Notes under the pieces: generated by a model
Told to the model about the DNA's origin: nothing
Database searches by the model: none
What the model saw: the letters and a program-made list of their open reading frames with translations, nothing else
Made by a program: the position numbers and the translations under genes
Source: Opitutaceae bacterium
GTDB lineage: Bacteria > Verrucomicrobiota > Verrucomicrobiia > Opitutales > Opitutaceae
Assembly: GCA_046346755.1 (NCBI GenBank)
Contig: JAXMHM010000027.1
Location: forward strand, 51,297 to 115,296
Direction: 5' to 3'
DNA length: 64,000 bases
Shown here: in pieces, positions 63,454 to 64,000 of the stretch
Layout of the letters: every line of letters begins with the position of its first letter
How positions within the stretch are numbered: the first letter of the stretch is position 1

Positions 63454-64000
63454 ATGATCCTTCGCCGTGTGCGATTCTGTTTCTTGCTCCTTCCGCTCTG
63501 CGGCGCGGCCTTGTTCGCCGGCATCGAGCCCAAGAAGGTCGACCGTGCGCCCGCGCAAGCCACGCTGATCCCATTGTCGGAAAACTGGCGCATGGACGGT
63601 GATGTTCCGATCCACGCGCTACTGCTGTCCCTCCAGGGACTCGCCAACCGCGGCCAGCCGAGGATCTACCTGGAGTACCCGAAAACGTGGCAGTGGGAAA
63701 TCGTTCATCCCTTGATCGGCTTCCTCGAGCGCCGGCACGGCCTGCGATTTGATCGCCTTGCCCTGAACGATGCCGACCAGGCGCTGGCGCGCTTCGCTAC
63801 CCACGCCAAGGGATACGTGGTCTGGGATCGTGAGGTTCGTACCTCGCTCATTGTCGCCTTCACCGCAGCGGGTGTCCGCGACGCCGTGGTGGTGAGTGAG
63901 GACCTGATACCGCTCGTGGAGAGACATGGACTCAAGCCTTTGGAGGACCTGCGTGGACGCTTTCGGGGCAAGCCCGACCACGAAATCTATCGCTGGGCCG
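63454..64000 (+). CDS. secreted protein, 3' end outside the window; possibly GxGYxYP-family putative glycoside hydrolase N-terminal domain
   Basis: Not in the ORF track (no stop codon in the window). Hand translation from the ATG at 63454 gives 182 codons without a stop: MILRRVRFCFLLLPLCGAALFAG...LLLSLQGLANRGQPRIYLEY... The family call is from memory and tentative. Confidence 0.6.
   Translation, partial: MILRRVRFCFLLLPLCGAALFAGIEPKKVDRAPAQATLIPLSENWRMDGDVPIHALLLSLQGLANRGQPRIYLEYPKTWQWEIVHPLIGFLERRHGLRFDRLALNDADQALARFATHAKGYVVWDREVRTSLIVAFTAAGVRDAVVVSEDLIPLVERHGLKPLEDLRGRFRGKPDHEIYRWA

Noticed and set aside
1-64000. Search for a C39-peptidase ABC exporter/HlyD partner, CRISPR arrays, tRNA/rRNA genes, transposases or integrases, and toxin-antitoxin or restriction-type defence genes.
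   Set aside because: None was recognisable in any frame. No spaced direct-repeat arrays were seen, and no cloverleaf-like or rRNA-like segments were noticed in the intergenic regions. The inspection was by eye only, so short or degenerate elements could have been missed.

Overview
High-GC, gene-dense chromosomal segment. Gene content suggests a PVC-group or Verrucomicrobiota-like bacterium, but this is inference only: a TonB-dependent receptor with a coiled-coil N-terminus, BNR/Asp-box propellers, GH78, a DUF6807/PmoA-like protein, a multiheme cytochrome, and many Arg/Pro/Gly-rich shadow ORFs. I support about 50 protein genes.

They include housekeeping genes (aroE, purE, putA, yggS-like, threonine ammonia-lyase) and transporters (POT, DMT/EamA, AEC, P1B-ATPase, TonB receptor). 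Regulators include LysR, LacI, a LuxR-type protein, ECF sigma plus anti-sigma, and a MASE1 hybrid kinase. A long minus-strand block at 38-51.5 kb encodes secreted peptidases and carbohydrate-active proteins. I recognised no rRNA, tRNA, CRISPR array, transposase or integrase.

Several six-frame ORFs overrun the true start codons; corrected starts are given in the features.

The most interesting signals are not visible as ordinary ORFs:
1. A tandem pair of double-glycine-leader peptides, class IIb bacteriocin- or pheromone-like. One is 59 aa and so absent from the ORF track. A strong hairpin and a 47-aa membrane ORF follow, and all lie upstream of a pseudo-receiver LuxR regulator and a 1411-aa S8 protease.
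2. A 17-codon Ile-Ile-Ile-Ile leader ORF plus a perfect intrinsic terminator in front of threonine ammonia-lyase, the classic leader-peptide attenuator layout.
3. A sigma-54-type promoter driving only a roughly 110-nt, three-hairpin, terminator-ended transcript.
4. A duplicated two-gene module (a secreted protein of about 630-640 aa of unknown family plus a BNR propeller) with inverted gene order, inside a rhamnosidase-containing operon.

All family assignments come from motif recognition by eye. No database search was run.
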